Assembly (NCBI RefSeq): GCF_006345805.1
Contig: NC_043003.1
Coordinates: 87,234,001 to 87,298,000 of the forward strand
Source of the DNA: Octopus sinensis
Lineage: Eukaryota
Length of the DNA stretch: 64,000 nucleotides
Direction of reading: 5' to 3'
Shown: in pieces, positions 39,819-54,464 of the stretch
Numbering within the stretch: position 1 is the first letter of the stretch
Layout: the number at the start of each line of letters is the position of its first letter
The notes under the pieces: model-generated
What the model saw: only the letters and a program-made list of their open reading frames with translations
The model's database searches: none
What the model was told of the DNA's origin: nothing
Position numbers and translations under genes: made by a program

Positions 39819-41513
39819 TATATTTGATAAAAAAGTTTGTAGTGTTTTTTTAAGTAAAATTCATTAACAATACTTAGATAGGTGCAGGAGTGGCTGTGTG
39901 GTAAGTAGCTTGTTTACCAACCCCATGGTTCTGGGTTCATTCTCATTGTGTGGCACCTTGGACAAGTGTCTTGTACTATAGCCTTGGGCCGACCAAAGAC
40001 TTGTGAGTGGATTTGGTAGATGGAAACTGAAAGAAGCCCGTTGTATATATGTAGATATATATATATATATAAATATATATATATGTGTGTGTGTGTGTGT
40101 GTATGTTTGTGTCTGTGTTTGTCCCCCCAACATCGCTTGACAACCAATGCTGGTGTGTTTACATCCCTGTAACTTAGCAGTTTGGCTAAAGAGACTGATA
40201 GAATAAGTACTAGGCTTCCAAAGAATAAGTCCTGGAGGTGATTTGCTCAACTAAAGGTGGTGCTCCAGCATGTCCGCAGTTAAATGACTGAAACAAGTAA
40301 AAGTAAAAATAAAAGTATAGCTGTACATACCTTTATTCAACTATGTATGTCCCATTTTGTTCCACTACTTTTTTGCCATCTTTGAGGCATCTTCACAATC
40401 CCATCCTCCCAGAACTATGCATCTTTCTGGGTCATGAACTGGTCTAAGTAGTTTTTACACGCTTTTAAAGAATCAAAGTTCTTTCCATTAAGATTGAAAT
40501 AAACGATAATCCGATGGTGCAAGATCAAGTGAGTACAGTGGGTGAGTCAGGACATTTCACACAAGCTGCACCAAGTTCTGCCTGGACTGCAAAGTAAAAA
40601 AAATGGCAGTCTAGTGTTGTCCTGATGTAAGATGACAGTCTTTTGGTTGGCCAATTCTGGATGTTTTTCATCAATTATCTCCTTTGGAAATAATAACAGT
40701 CAGAATTTAACGTCTGATTTTGTAGAAGTAATTCCTAATACACAATGCCCTTCCAATTCCACCAGATACAGAGTATCACATTCATTGGATACAGACCAGC
40801 TTTGGAGAGATTGAAGAGAGTTTGTCTTGTTTTCTCTAGGACCTTTTTCATTTTATGCTGTTATAAATAATCCATTTCTCATTACATGTGATTGTTCTTT
40901 TCAAAAATGGATCATTTTTCTTTTGTCTGAGCAGAGAATTGCAGATGGAAATGTGCTCTATTAATTTTTTTTTCCATTAAGTTATGAGGCACTCAAACAT
41001 TTTAGCAATTCATGTAATCAAAGTGTCTTTAAATGTTTTATAACACTCACATGAGATACGTGAAGAATCTCCACAATGTCTTTCATTGTGTGACATGGAT
41101 TATTTCTTATTAAAGTCTCTATTTGTTCATTATCAATGATTGTAGGCCTGTCGAAACGCTCATGATCTTCCAGGTCAAAGTATTCAGTTCTAAACCTGGC
41201 AAACCACTTACGAACAATATTTTCAGCTATGACACCATCTCCATAAACAGCACATATCTTCTTTGCCATTTGTGCTGGATGTTTTGCCTTTCCAGAAATA
41301 AAGAGCATTAAATGATGAAAATGTATTTCATTTTCTTTCATTTTCAATTCTATAGTAAGAAAAATGTAGAAGTAAATAATCCACACAAAATTCAAAAAGA
41401 TCTCCTCTTTCAGAAAATATACATATGTCATATGTTCCTGTCATATGATGAAACAGATCACGTGATTAAACATCACCAGTTGAAAAACACTATGAACTTT
41501 TTTATCAATCCAA
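39819..41513 (-). mobile_element. mariner transposon, decayed, interrupted by a SINE
   Basis: ORF KKICAVYGDGV...RKWFARFR...DLEDHER..RP (mariner HTH); TIR-like TTGATAAAAAAGTT..TAGTGTT at both ends. Confidence 0.8.
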
Positions 41514-41534
41514 TATATATAAGTATAGCTAATT

Positions 41535-43020
41535 AATATAGTTAATCAAGTTGTCCATGAGGGAGTCATACCCAACAATTAGTGTAGCAGCATTATAATC
41601 AACTACTAAAATGGCAAAGGCTATGGCTTGAACAGAAATAATTACAGTGGCACCAAATTTCTGGAGCAGATGATGAAAGTTGCAGAAATGGTCATAGCTC
41701 AATTAATTAGGAAGTGAGTTAGCAGAAAATGTGATGCAGTTTGGATTTGTGCCTGGGAGAAGCAAAACCAATATTATCTTACTGGTGAGGTAACTGCAGG
41801 AGAAGTACTCGGCCAAAAATAAACCTCTGTATTTGGTATTTGTTAACATGGAGAAAGCCTTTGACAGGGTCCCTTGCTCTTTTATCTGGTGGGCAATGTG
41901 GAAACTAAGGATAGATAAGTGGTTAGTGAGAGATGTACAAGCCATGTACATTATGTTGTCATTAAGGTGAAAGTCACCAATGAGTATAGCAAAGAATTTA
42001 GTGTACAAGCAGGAGTCCACCAGGTATTGGTTCTCAGTTACCTCTTGTTTATCATAAGTTCCCCAAGCTATAAGAGAGGAATTTAAGACTGACTGCCCTT
42101 GGGAGTGCCTCAATGCTAATGACCTTGTTCTTATTGCTGAATCACCACCAGAACTAGAGAGGAAATTTCAGGTATGGAAGCCAGGCCTGGAATCAAAGGG
42201 CCTTAGAGTTCATTTATCAAAGATCAAAGTCCTAATAAGTAGGAAAACAGACAAGTCACAGCTCCCTTCAGGGAGATGGCCCCGCTTAATATGTAGAAAA
42301 TGTGTCAGCAAAAACTCTATTTGGTGTATCCAATGCAAGCTATGGACACATAAGAGGTGTAGTAGTATCACTGGAAAACACCAGGAATATACAAAAATAG
42401 ACTCCCTCAAATGCCAGGGGTTTCCTTAGAAGTAGTAGACAGTTTCCATTACTTAGGTGACCAAGTTAGTAGTGTGGGGAGGTTGTTCCAAAAGCATGGC
42501 TGCTAGAACAAGAATAGGCTGGGCAAAGTTCAAAGAGCCACTACCTCTGTTAGTAACAAAGGGCCTCCTCTCCCTCAGAGTGAAAGGCAGATTGTATGAT
42601 ACTTGTGTGCAAACAGCTATGCAGCATGGCAGTGAAACATTGGCTGTGACTGCTGAGGACAAGTGAAGGCTTGAAAGAAATGAAGCCAGCATGCTCTGCT
42701 GGATGGGAAATGTCAGTGTGCATATACAACAGAGTGTGAGTAATTTGAGAGAAAAACTAAGTATACAGAACATCAGATGTAGTGTGCAAGAGAGAAGGCT
42801 GCATGGTACGGTCATGTAATGCATATGAATGAAGACAGTTGCATCAAGAAGTGCCAAGCTCTGATTATGAAGGTAACATGCAGAAAGGGAAAACCCAGGA
42901 AGACATGGGACAAAGTGGTGAGAAAGGATCTTCAGATATTGGACCTCACAGAGGGGATGACAAGGGACCAAGACTTCTAGCAGTTTGCTGTACTTGAGAA
43001 GATACATCAAGCTAAGTAAA
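41535..43020 (+). mobile_element. RTE-clade LINE RT and C-terminus (decayed)
   Basis: FVNMEKAFDRV, GVHQ, RIGWAKFKE..PLLVTKG, HGSET motifs. Confidence 0.85.
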
Positions 43021-44070
43021 TATGTGGTTGTCCTTGGATACAGGCACATTCCCCTGCATCCCTCTTCAACTGAGCATTCCGAAATTTACAGGCTTGTGGG
43101 TACCGATGACATATAAAAAAAAAACTTGTGTTGGTGCCACATAAAAGCACTGATGCTGGTGTTGTATAAAAGCACCCATACATACAGGTGTATGGCATCC
43201 AGCTATAGAAACCATACCTATTTCTTTATTGCCCACAAGGGGCTAAACATAGAGGGGACAAACAAGGATAGACAAAGGGATTAAGTCAATTATATCGACC
43301 CCAGTGTGTAACTGGTACTTATTTAATCGACCCCGAAAGGATGAAAGGCAAAGTCGACCTCGGCGGAATTTGAACTCAGAACGTAGCGACAGACGAAATA
43401 CCTATTTCTTTACTACCCACAAGGGGCTAAACACAGAGGGGACAAACAAGGACAGACAAACGGATTAAGTCGATTACATCGACCCCCAGTGCGTAACTGG
43501 TACTTATTTAATCGACCCTGAAAGGATAAAAGGAAAAGAATCGACCCCGAAAGGTTGAAAGGCAAAGTTGACCTCGGCGGAATTTGAACTCAGAACGTAA
43601 CGGCAGACGAAATACGGCTACGCATTTCGCCCGGCGTGCTAACGATTCTGCCAGCTCGCCGCCCTCAAAACAGACATGGAGCTCAGGCAGCTGGCCAACT
43701 GGCTAACTCCTATCAAACTGTCCAACTCATGCCAGCATGGAAAATGGATGTTAAATGATGATGATGAGATTACGATAAGGATGATGATGACAACAATGAT
43801 AATGCTCTAAAGTTGTACATATATGTCTTGCCTGTTCCTTCTTTCTTTCTAATATATATCTACCCACTCTCACTGATGATCCACTTATAACCATTCATTG
43901 CTAGGCAGTTACAACAGTACTTTTGTTTTAGTCACATTCAAATTGAAGTTTTAGTGGTAAACAAACCTGAGCACTTATTATATATACCTATTATATTAAG
44001 TCATTAGATGCAATTTTATCTGTACTTTCTATATCCATATAAATGTCAGTCTCCTACCAATGTACACATA

Positions 44071-44110
<40 letters not shown>

Positions 44111-44429
44111 TGTGTCTGTGTCTGTGTATAAATGTCCCTTGATTTATTGTTTCATTTATGCAAACTTACAAAGAATCCCATGAACAAAACAAGATTGTTT
44201 TCCAGAATTGAGGCGAACACCTTTCTCCATGTGGTTGGCTTGAAAAATTAACATACTTAGATATTTTCCAACTCTGCTTAGCATGAAACCAATGGTAGCC
44301 TTAATTCACAATTAAAGAAATTATATATCCATATATATATATATATATATAAAAATATATATATATAAGAGATGAGGTTTTTCACGCTAAGTACTTGATA
44401 AATTCTTATAAAGATTTTATCCTATTTTT

Positions 44430-44465
<36 letters not shown>

Positions 44466-44603
44466 TACATATATATGTATGTATGTATGTTTGTACATAT
44501 ATTCAGTGACTGAGATACAAAGATGGAGGGACAGACAGACAGGTGAATAAATGGATGGATGAATGAAAAGTTATATAGGGATAATTAGATTGATAGAAAG
44601 ATG

Positions 44604-44760
<157 letters not shown>

Positions 44761-44770
44761 GATAGATAGA

Positions 44771-45116
44771 TATTATATGTGTGTATAAGAGTTATATGCT
44801 GAGGGAAAGCCACTAAGTGGTTTTACATCTTGCTAGAAATTGGAGTTAAATCCCAAACCATGAGAAAGCTACTCTTATTTTCGCATGTTGAATGTAGGCA
44901 GGCAGGAAAATTTGAGAAAATTCAAAAATGATTAGTCATTCCTGTACTTTCAAAACACAGGAATGACTAATCATTTTTTAATTCTCTCAAATTGTTCTGC
45001 CCACCTACATTCAAGGTGCTTTTTTGTGGTTTGGTATTTAACTCCCATTTCTAGCATGATGGAAAACCACTTAGTGGCTTTTCTGCTGTGTATAACTCTT
45101 ATACACATACATAGTA
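44771..45116. repeat. imperfect foldback palindrome between (GATA)n arrays
   Basis: centre AAAAATGATTAGTCATTCCTGT..ACAGGAATGACTAATCATTTTT; outer TGTATAAGAGTTATA/TATAACTCTTATACA. Confidence 0.88.
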
Positions 45117-45204
45117 TAATGATATTTGCAGTCTATGGACATTTTCACTCATTTTCACTGGTAAAAAAATTAACATTTAATTTTTACCCTATATTTAAAA
45201 TTTT

Positions 45205-45291
<87 letters not shown>

Positions 45292-45292
45292 T

Positions 45293-45345
<53 letters not shown>

Positions 45346-45367
45346 CAGATATATATATATATAGTTT

Positions 45368-45465
<98 letters not shown>

Positions 45466-45466
45466 C

Positions 45467-45500
<34 letters not shown>

Positions 45501-46082
45501 GCAGACAGACAGAGATCAGACTGTAAGTTAGTTCTGGAGACAGAGAGTGGAGTTTAAAGGCAAGAAAAGGAGACGGAGCCAAATGTAAAATCAATAGATC
45601 TTGATGTACAGATGATTACATTAGAAAGAGTTAGTAAATATTGTCATAATCCAAAGTCAGATGCTTGGTAGCATATGTGCTGACTAAATCAATGTTGATT
45701 TGATTGTTTTCTCAAAGAAAAAACAACTTGTCATGTCCATAAACGTTTCTTGTTAATTTACATGAAGATTTCAGTTACTTAAACTTGAAAAAAGTTTAAA
45801 AATTTAGAATAAAAAAATTAGACTTTGTTCATTATTTTTTGCTTTGTTTTCATTTCTTTCTTTATTTATTTTATGTCTATTTACTTATTCAATTTTTTGT
45901 GTGTTTTTTTTTTAGGTCTATATAAATTTGTAGACACACAACAGACACATTTTGAAATATTTTATCGTTCACGTTTTACTTTTATTTTTGCTAAAATGTA
46001 AATCTAAATAAACTAAATTCAAGTGCATAACCAGCATTTAATTGTGTGCTAAACTTTGATCTGCGTCTGCATGTTTTTTCAG

Positions 46083-46166
46083 GTCAGAATGACATTTTTG
46101 GTGAAGTTGGCCTATGAGCAATGTTTCCCAACTTTTCAGATTATGCTATATGATCTTTCTGAAAAG
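46083..46166 (+). pseudogene. exon 12 (phase 0-0)
   Basis: gttttttcAG|...AAG|GTtgtg; VRMTFLVKLAYEQCFPTFQIMLYDLSEK (open; part of ORF 46056-46298). Confidence 0.7.
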
Positions 46167-46752
46167 GTTGTGAAGACGAAAACTTACAATTTTAATGTAC
46201 ACTTTTACTCTTTTACTTGTTTCAGTCATTTGACTGTGGCCATGCTGGAGCACCGCCTTTTAGCCAAACAAATCGACCCCAGGACTTATTCTTTGTAAGC
46301 CTCGTACTTATTCTATCGAAGCATCAGCATTGGTTGTCAAGCGATGTTGTGGGGACAAACACAGACACACAAACATATACATACACGTATACATTTATAT
46401 ATATTTATATACGATGGGCTTCTTTCAGTTTCCGACAACCAAATCCACTAAAAAGGCTTTGGTCAACCCGAGGCTATAGTAGAAGACACTTGCCTGAGGT
46501 GCCACGGAGTGAGACTGAACCCGGATCCATGTGGTTCGTAACCAAGCTACTTACCACACAACCACTCCTACACCTACTATTTCATAAACATCTAAAATGT
46601 GCATGAATATGTTACTATTTCATAAAATCTAAAATAAACATGGATTTGTTATACAATATGCCATAGCCATGAAGGCTACAACACAACATTTACTGCAAAC
46701 GAAGCTGCATATTTCCCCAAGAAACTATTCATTAAGTGAATCTTGTTTCTAG

Positions 46753-46983
46753 AAAATTGCATTTTATTTAACCTTTTCCATACCAACCAGCCTGCAACAG
46801 AAATATGGGTCACAGGATATTATTGATTTTACAATGGTAAAAGCTAAGGACCACTTTTTTAGAGGACGCCTAATTAACAGCAAAGGAATTGACAGTTTAT
46901 CACTTGTTATCTCTGATAGTGTTGATTGCAATGACATTAACTTTCAGACAAGCTCAATAAAACTAACTGCATATAAGTGTTAA
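46753..46983 (+). pseudogene. exon 13, probably terminal
   Basis: tcttgtttctAG| then 76 open codons KIAFYLTFSIPTSLQQKYGSQDIIDFTMVKAKDHFFRGRLINSKGIDSLSLVISDSVDCNDINFQTSSIKLTAYKC* (alternative donor after 46836). Confidence 0.65.
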
Positions 46984-47002
46984 TGGGAGACATACAGTCT
47001 TA

Positions 47003-47519
47003 TCTATATATATAAAACTGTAGTTGTGTGAGTGTCTGTCTCCTACGATTTAGATTCCTAACTCCTCCCACATTTTGCGGTGCAGTTTAACCAAATTCGG
47101 GTATCTTATAGTTGTGATTAATATCGAGCCCGTCTGGCTATTAGCGCGCGTCTACAATGAGTCTACGATTTTAAAAATAATTTAACATCATTTTTTATTC
47201 CATTTTAATGCATAATTTTTCGTGTGTCGATGGCGGCAGAGTTGGCGTCCACGCTCAAACACCTGCACCTGTGTTTGCTTCTCCCCCTTCTTCCCTCCCC
47301 CGTGAAGCTGTGGGGAAGGGAGTTTAAGGAAATCAACGTTGTAATGCGTTGTCAAGGAGACCAGCGTTCTTTTAGAACAACGACTTCATGGCTTGAAGAC
47401 ACCAAAACAGAAATGGCTAAGAAAGCCTGAATTGGCATCTATAAAGGAAGTAACTCTCTAAAAATGCTTATATAGTTATTTCCCTTACAAACCCGAGCAA
47501 CGCCGGGCGATACTGCTAG
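47003..47519 (+). mobile_element. non-autonomous Helitron
   Basis: A|TC...CTAG|T termini, subterminal hairpin CCCGAGCAACGCCGGG; second copy at 60336-60835(-). Confidence 0.85.
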
Positions 47520-48416
47520 TTGGTAATAAAATGGTAATGTGATTATCAAATTTATAGAGCTAAGAGTATATTTGTAGAATAAATGTAGATGCTTCTCAAC
47601 ACAGTAAGCTTAGAAACACATTTCAATTTTATAATGCTACCACTGTGTGCACATGTAAATTATGTGTGTGTCCCCACCCCATAATACATATTTACAATTA
47701 CTGAGACTGATCTTCAATGAAAATTTATTATCTTTGCACTCAACACTGTGCAGGACTCAATAATGTGAGAAGATGTGAAAAGCCAAAACTTAGTATCTTC
47801 TGATTATTTTCTAACCAAAGCAGCATACTCCACATCAACTGCTCCCCACACTGCTAGTCCTAAATTGGCTACTTATAGATGCAAATGCATGTGACTTCTG
47901 AGCCATCTGAGACAGCTAAGTGAAGAAGCAAAACCATCCCTTTTAGAATTTCTCTGCACATCTCTCACACAATCAAATTTCATAACCCAACGACACCCAA
48001 ATTATTCCTTCCGCTCATTGAGTTGAAAGCAATCACCCACCGCTATCAACTTATAAACTTTAGCCACTATCAATTCCAGCAGCCACCAGATAATTGTCAG
48101 AGAAGTAAATAATGTTCCTGTACATCACATAGCCCACAAGCTCGCTTATCTACAGAAGTACAACCAGGCCTTCCCCTCTCTTGCCAAGAGGAGCTTTAAT
48201 AACCTTTTTTCCCCAAGCCAAAATGTAGCTGCAGATAAAATCATCACAGTTACTTTCAAATTTGCTTTCAGCTCCAAACCAAAGTAAATGAACACATAAA
48301 AATCCTCTCTACATATGCTCTGTTACCAAAAAAGTTAACTCATCAGGGTAATACAACCCAACAGAGTGGCTGTATTAAACATTCATGTCATAACATTCAG
48401 TCAGTGTATACAAAAG

Positions 48417-48725
48417 ATTCAATTCAATTCAATTTTTATTGGCTCAAAAAGCAAAAGCAAGACATTGTAGGGGGACAGGGAGTTATGTACAGGGAGAGTG
48501 GTCATACAAAGAGTTCAGACCATTTCTGGTCAAGAGAGACTTTGAACCGAGCGGTCATCGGCATCTTCACTATCTCATCCGGCAGCTTATTCCACGGATC
48601 TGCAATCCGGACGGAGAAAGCCCCTCTCCTTCGATTGAGATGAAATCATCGTAGATAGAGCTTTTCAGAGTGACCCCGCAGCCCACGCTCTGGAGGAGGA
48701 GTGAAGAACAGCTCTTTCGAGAGGT
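48417..48725 (-). mobile_element. CR1-clade LINE 3' end
   Basis: LRGHSEKL...FSVRIADPWNKLPDEIV...FKVSLD*, (ATTGA)n tail. Confidence 0.85.
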
Positions 48726-48964
48726 TACACTTTCTGCTTATGATGTTGTGAGCAAGAATGAGATCACCACGGTGGCAGCGTTTTTTGAGAGAATGAATCC
48801 TATTGTCACAAAATTCTTCTGCCTTTCTCTGTCAGTAGATTTCTGTTCCAATTTCTAGAAACACATGGTAATGTGCTCCAGCTTAGAGAAGAGTGAACTC
48901 GTTAACATTGCTTATTAATAATGTATCACCTTCAATTCCAGCATCTCAAAAGCTTATCAGAATA

Positions 48965-49270
48965 AATATAAATGACTGTTTTGTTTTGGGATTTGGTTTG
49001 CAAGATTCTTTATGTGAGTTCATGTGTTGAAGCATATTCTGATGTCTGGGGAGAGTCATTTTCTTTTTGTACCTTATAATTTAACACACTCACCGGTAAA
49101 ATTTCCACTTATTTCTTATTTCTATTTTCCTAAAATTTTTGTTGCATCTTGCAACCTTTTCAATAGTCTTTCAATAAGAAATAAGTGGAAATTTTACCGG
49201 TGAGTGTGTTTAATTATAAGGCACAAAAAGAAAATGAGTCTCCCCAGACAAAACAGAATATAAATGACTG
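48965..49270. mobile_element. insertion with internal inverted arms and 14-bp TSD (Penelope-like architecture)
   Basis: arms 49035-49120 / 49173-49260; direct repeat AATATAAATGACTG at 48965 and 49257. Confidence 0.7.
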
Positions 49271-49644
49271 CTTTTTAATTTGATCTATTAGAGATCAAAT
49301 TTTCTACACCATGCACTAATGGTCATCTACCCTTGAGAACTTCATTGAAAGCAATACAAAATCTTTGCCATCAGCAAAGATTTTGACTATATTCCATGTA
49401 CTCTTTTTTTCTTTGACTTGAAGTTTTCTGAGCCAGAATTCATAAAAGACACTTGTCCAAAGCATGAACAAGTGGGTATGAGAAACTTTATTTAATTACA
49501 TTTTTTTACAAATCACTTCCAACAAAGCAGAAAATCAACAGCAATAAAAGACACTGACAAGCAACTATGTAGATTGTTCGGAGCAAGAAGAAATATCTAA
49601 TCAAAACAAGATTTAAAGAATTCGTACTATATTTAACAGACAAA

Positions 49645-50076
49645 GGATCTTTTCGGTTTGAACGGCAGTTTTTTTCTAGCGGTGTCGTATGAAATTGTCA
49701 CCCATAATTATGACCCTAGAATCGATCTATTGCATTTCAATCTCTTTTAGGGTTAGGGTTAGTTAGGGTTAGGGTTAGGGGTGGGGGAAGGGTATCTTTT
49801 TTTCTTCACAAATGTAAATAAACCCAATTTGTTTCTTAAACAAGGGACATATTCATATGGCACAGAATGCTTTTTAACTCAATAGATGTCACTGATTGGT
49901 TGAAATTGCAGAAATCGAAGAAAAAAACAACAAATATCATACAAACTATAGAATTTTCTCAATAAAGCCAAGAGAAAAAGATGTTTTATAAACACATTCT
50001 ACCAGTATACGAAGTTTAAAATTTTTTAGTTACCTAGAAATTATGTTAAAAACTGCTGTTCAAACTGAAAAGATCC
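49645..50076. mobile_element. MITE with ~28-bp TIRs, 8-bp TSD and internal (TTAGGG)n
   Basis: GGATCTTTTCGGTTTGAACGGCAGTTTT...AAAACTGCTGTTCAAACTGAAAAGATCC; flanks CAGACAAA/CTGACAAA. Confidence 0.85.
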
Positions 50077-50832
50077 CTGACAAAGAAATAGGAATTGAGT
50101 TCCATAAGGCAGATATGAAACTACAGCAGAGACACTCTTCTAATGAAGAAACTACAGGAGAAAGAAACTATAAAATAAAAGAGGATAGCTACAGTGATAG
50201 AGAGAGGATTGGTCAAAAGATGACATAATTGAATTATAAACTTTTCAAGGGGCAAGAAAAGAGAGTTTGGCAGAACAATGACCATAGAAATAAATTTGTT
50301 ATCCACATAGCTATGTCTGGATCCTATATTTATAAACAACTCTGAGAGTCTTAATTACATGCTAAAACTAAATCTAAGACTAGATATGGTTGAATAAAAG
50401 ATTAACTTTCATCTACGCAATAACTGTGCTACTGTGTTAATGAAAGTTGTGAAGCATGCTTTGATGGTCCATACTTCTCAAGTAAAGGAGTAAAGAAAAT
50501 TTACATGATGCAGGGGTGTATCAGCCTTCAACCTGATAAAGTTAATGTTACTGTGATTTCAAGTGGGCTTGTGTTGAATGACGTTACTGTAGATTACAAG
50601 ACTGGAGTAAATGGAGAAGAAAAAGAACTTTAGCGTAGAAGTCCTTGACACTGTCTTCAAGAGCTTACACAATGAAAACTGGAATAGAAAGGCGAGCAAT
50701 AGTAAACAGACACTTAAAACAATTTTTCAGCTTTGACAACAGAAGAGCAATAAAAAAGAATGCAAACTTAAACATGGGAAATTCACAAATGTTATTGCCA
50801 ACACCAAAAGACTCACTGTTTAGTGACCTGAC

Positions 50833-50874
<42 letters not shown>

Positions 50875-51310
50875 TACCGTCACCATCGTCATCACCATCA
50901 TCATCATCATCATCATTGTCATCATCTTCATCGTCATCATCATCGCCGTCGCTGTCATCATTATCATCATCATTGTCATCGTCTTCATCACTGTCATTGT
51001 CATCATCGCCATTGTTTTATTGCCCATTTTTCCATGCTTCCATTCAAATGGAATTTGTTAAGACAAGTTTTCTACAATTGGAGGCTCATCATGTTGCCAA
51101 CCCTCACCTATTTCCAAACAAGGTAATATTTCTCCACGTTTTTCACAAAAGATTGGAAACAAACAACATTGCTTGTATGATGGTTATGCTTGTTTACAAC
51201 CATCACATAATGTCAAGACAAGGGTTCACACACACACACACACACACACACACCAACACACACATGTACATTTATGTGTATATATATCATCATCATTCTT
51301 TAACATCCAT

Positions 51311-51342
<32 letters not shown>

Positions 51343-51375
51343 ACCCATGCTAGCTTGGAAAGCGGACATTAAACA

Positions 51376-51407
<32 letters not shown>

Positions 51408-51915
51408 ATATACACATACTAACAAACTGAGGAAACGAAATCCTTCAAAGGGGTGTTAAACATCCAATTCATTGGTACTTCAGTTGGATACCATATAAAT
51501 ATTGGTATAATTTAATAATAAAGATAGATTAAGTTTAGAGATATTCTATTGACATCCAATAATTTATTTATATCACAATATTACATTAAATACTATGAAT
51601 ATAGTATATAACATAATATTATATAAATAATTATAAAAACCATAAAAGTTCAACAAATTGCTTTGACCTATATATTTTTTCAGATATACATAATCACAGT
51701 TCAATTATATATAAATCACTTTAGGGTTAATCGATTCAGGAAGATGAAACCCCATCTGGAAAGGACAGCTGGACTATAAAAATTTATTCAAATATCTGTG
51801 AGATTTAATTATTCATTCTTACATGAATTACAATTAAAAAACAACAAAACATTTTAACGGACGATACAATCAATCCACAACCATCAAAATTCACTTCATT
51901 ATATCTCAAACACAC

Positions 51916-51978
<63 letters not shown>

Positions 51979-52430
51979 TTCTTTGTTCCCTTTTGAGTCA
52001 TGCCTGGCTCATAGGGCCGGTTTTCCAGTTTCCTTGGGGTATAGGTTCCCCACCTGGATGGGACGCCAGTCTGTCGCAGGTGAGCTGCAAGATGCTGGAG
52101 GAAAGAGTGAGAGAGAGCTGTGGCGAAAGAGTCAGCAGAAGTTCGCCAGTACCTTCTGCTGGAGCTGTGAGGAGCTTAGGTGTTTCGCTCATAAACACAC
52201 ACATCACCCGGTCTGAGATTTGAACCCGCGCTCCCTCAACCGCAAATTCGCTGCTCCAACCACAGGAGTGGCTGTGTGGTAAGTAGCTTGCTAACCAACC
52301 ACATGGTTCCGGGTTCAGTCCCACTGTGTGGCACCTTGGGCAAGTGTCTTCTACTATAGCCTTGGGCCGACCAAAGACTTGTGAGTGGATTTGGTAGACG
52401 GAAACTGAAAGAAGACGGTCGTATATTTGT

Positions 52431-52467
<37 letters not shown>

Positions 52468-54464
52468 CATGTGTGTATGTGTTTGTGTGTCTGTGTTTGT
52501 CCCCCTAGCATTGCTTGACAACCAATGCTGGTGTGTTTATGTCCCCGTCACTTAGCGGTTCGGCAAAAGAGACCAATAGAATAAGTACTGGGCTTACAAA
52601 GAATAAATCCTGGGGTCGATTTGCTCGACTAAAGGCGGTGCTCCAGCATGGCTGCAGCCAAATGACTGAAACAAGTAAAAAAAAATATATATATATATAT
52701 ATATAGTCAAATCAAATAAATGATCATTAAAAATAACAATCACAAACAACAAGAGGTCATGCACATGGAATGTACTAGTATGGTGCTCAGTAAAAAGAGA
52801 GAGTTGTTGATGTTTCAAGCATAGCTCTTTGTTGGAAAGGAAAACGGAAAAGTCCAAAGAAGGAAAAAAAAAACACCAACAGCACATGTATAGTTAGATA
52901 GCATGATGGGCTTCATCTTATTTTCATCTACCAATTCCTTTTGCAAGACTTTGGTTGGTGAGGAACTATGGCAGAAGACTTGGTGCCATGTAGTGGGACT
53001 GAACCTGAGACCACATGGTTGGGAACCAAGCTTCTTAACCACATAGCCACACCTACACCTGTTATATACTTATAATAAAACATTTCTTATTCAAATCCTT
53101 GAAGTATAAAAGTCTTAAATAAGTAAATCCCTTCTTAGACCCTAAATGGTGCTCTGGATTAGTGCTTTAATCTGTTTCCTGGAGTTGCATATCTCCTGTA
53201 GGATGTGATGCCAGTCAGTCAGAAGTAAGAAACTGAACTCAGTGAAAGATAATGATAAAAAAATATATCAAATTTTCAGTATTGCTGTTGCTTATAGCAG
53301 TGAAATATACCACTTTGCATTACCTAGATACAACTTGGTTGCTATTGCTGTTGTATAACCCCAAGTAAGTTCTCATCAAGTAGACCTATTGAACAAGAAT
53401 ATTCTGGACATGACCATCCATCCCATCTTTCGATATATCTAGAGCTATATTATTCAACTTACATTCCATTTTTTAGATAATGGTGCTGGTGCTGGATGGT
53501 GGAGGCAGTGGTAGTGGTGGTGATGATGGCAGTGTTGGCGGTGGTGGAGGCAGTGGTGGCAGTGCCAGTGGTAGTGGTGGTGGTGATGATGGTGGCAGTG
53601 GTGTGTGTGTATGTATGCATGTGTGTATGTGTGTGTTGGGTGGGTGTTTGGTGTTGTTGTGTATCTGTGGTGAGTGGGTGGGTGTTTGGTGGTGGGTGGG
53701 AGGGCTTGTGGTAGTAGTGACGGTGGCAGCAGCAGTGGCAGAGGTGGTGGGGGGGGTATGAAGCTGTTTGGCTGCTTTTTCTTGCAGGTTGAATGAGTTA
53801 TGTCAGAACCATTCATGTTGGCTATAATTTGGTCTGCCGAATTAGTGAAAGTTAACCCTTTAGCATTGAAACTGGCCATATCCAGCCCCCAAATATTCTA
53901 CCTGTTGCACATTGAAACTGGCCAGATCCAGCCTCTAACACTTACCCTACAAAAATTCCTTTTTATAAAGTCTATCATAAAACTAAATTAGATTGTATTT
54001 ACATGGAGAAGAATATAAGTTAAATATAAGTTAATAGGCGCAGGAGTGGCTGTGTGGTAAGTAGCTTGTTTACCAACCACATGGTTCCGGGTTCAGTCCC
54101 ACTGTGTGGCACCTTGGGCACGTGTCTTCTACTATAGCCTCGGGCCGACCAAAGCCTTGTGAGTGGACTTGGTAGACGGAAACTGAAAGAAGCCCGTCGT
54201 ATATATGTATATATATATATATATATTATATATATATGCATGTGTGTGTTTGGGTGTCTGTGTTTGTCCCCCTAGCATTGCTTGACAACCGATGCTGGTG
54301 AGTTTATGTCCCCGTTACTTAGCGGTTTGGCAAAAGAGACTGATAGAATAAGTACTGGGCTTACAAAAGAATAAGTCCCGGGGTCGAGTTGCTCAATTAA
54401 AGACGGTGCTCCAGCATGGCCGCAGTCAAATGACTGAAACAAGTAAAAGAGTAAAAGAGAGTAT

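Noticed and set aside
50424-50633. 69-codon open frame CYCVNESCEACFDGPYF...
   Set aside because: No convincing splice sites; neighbouring frames resemble a degraded R4-like LINE (IGIEF, IYAITVL).
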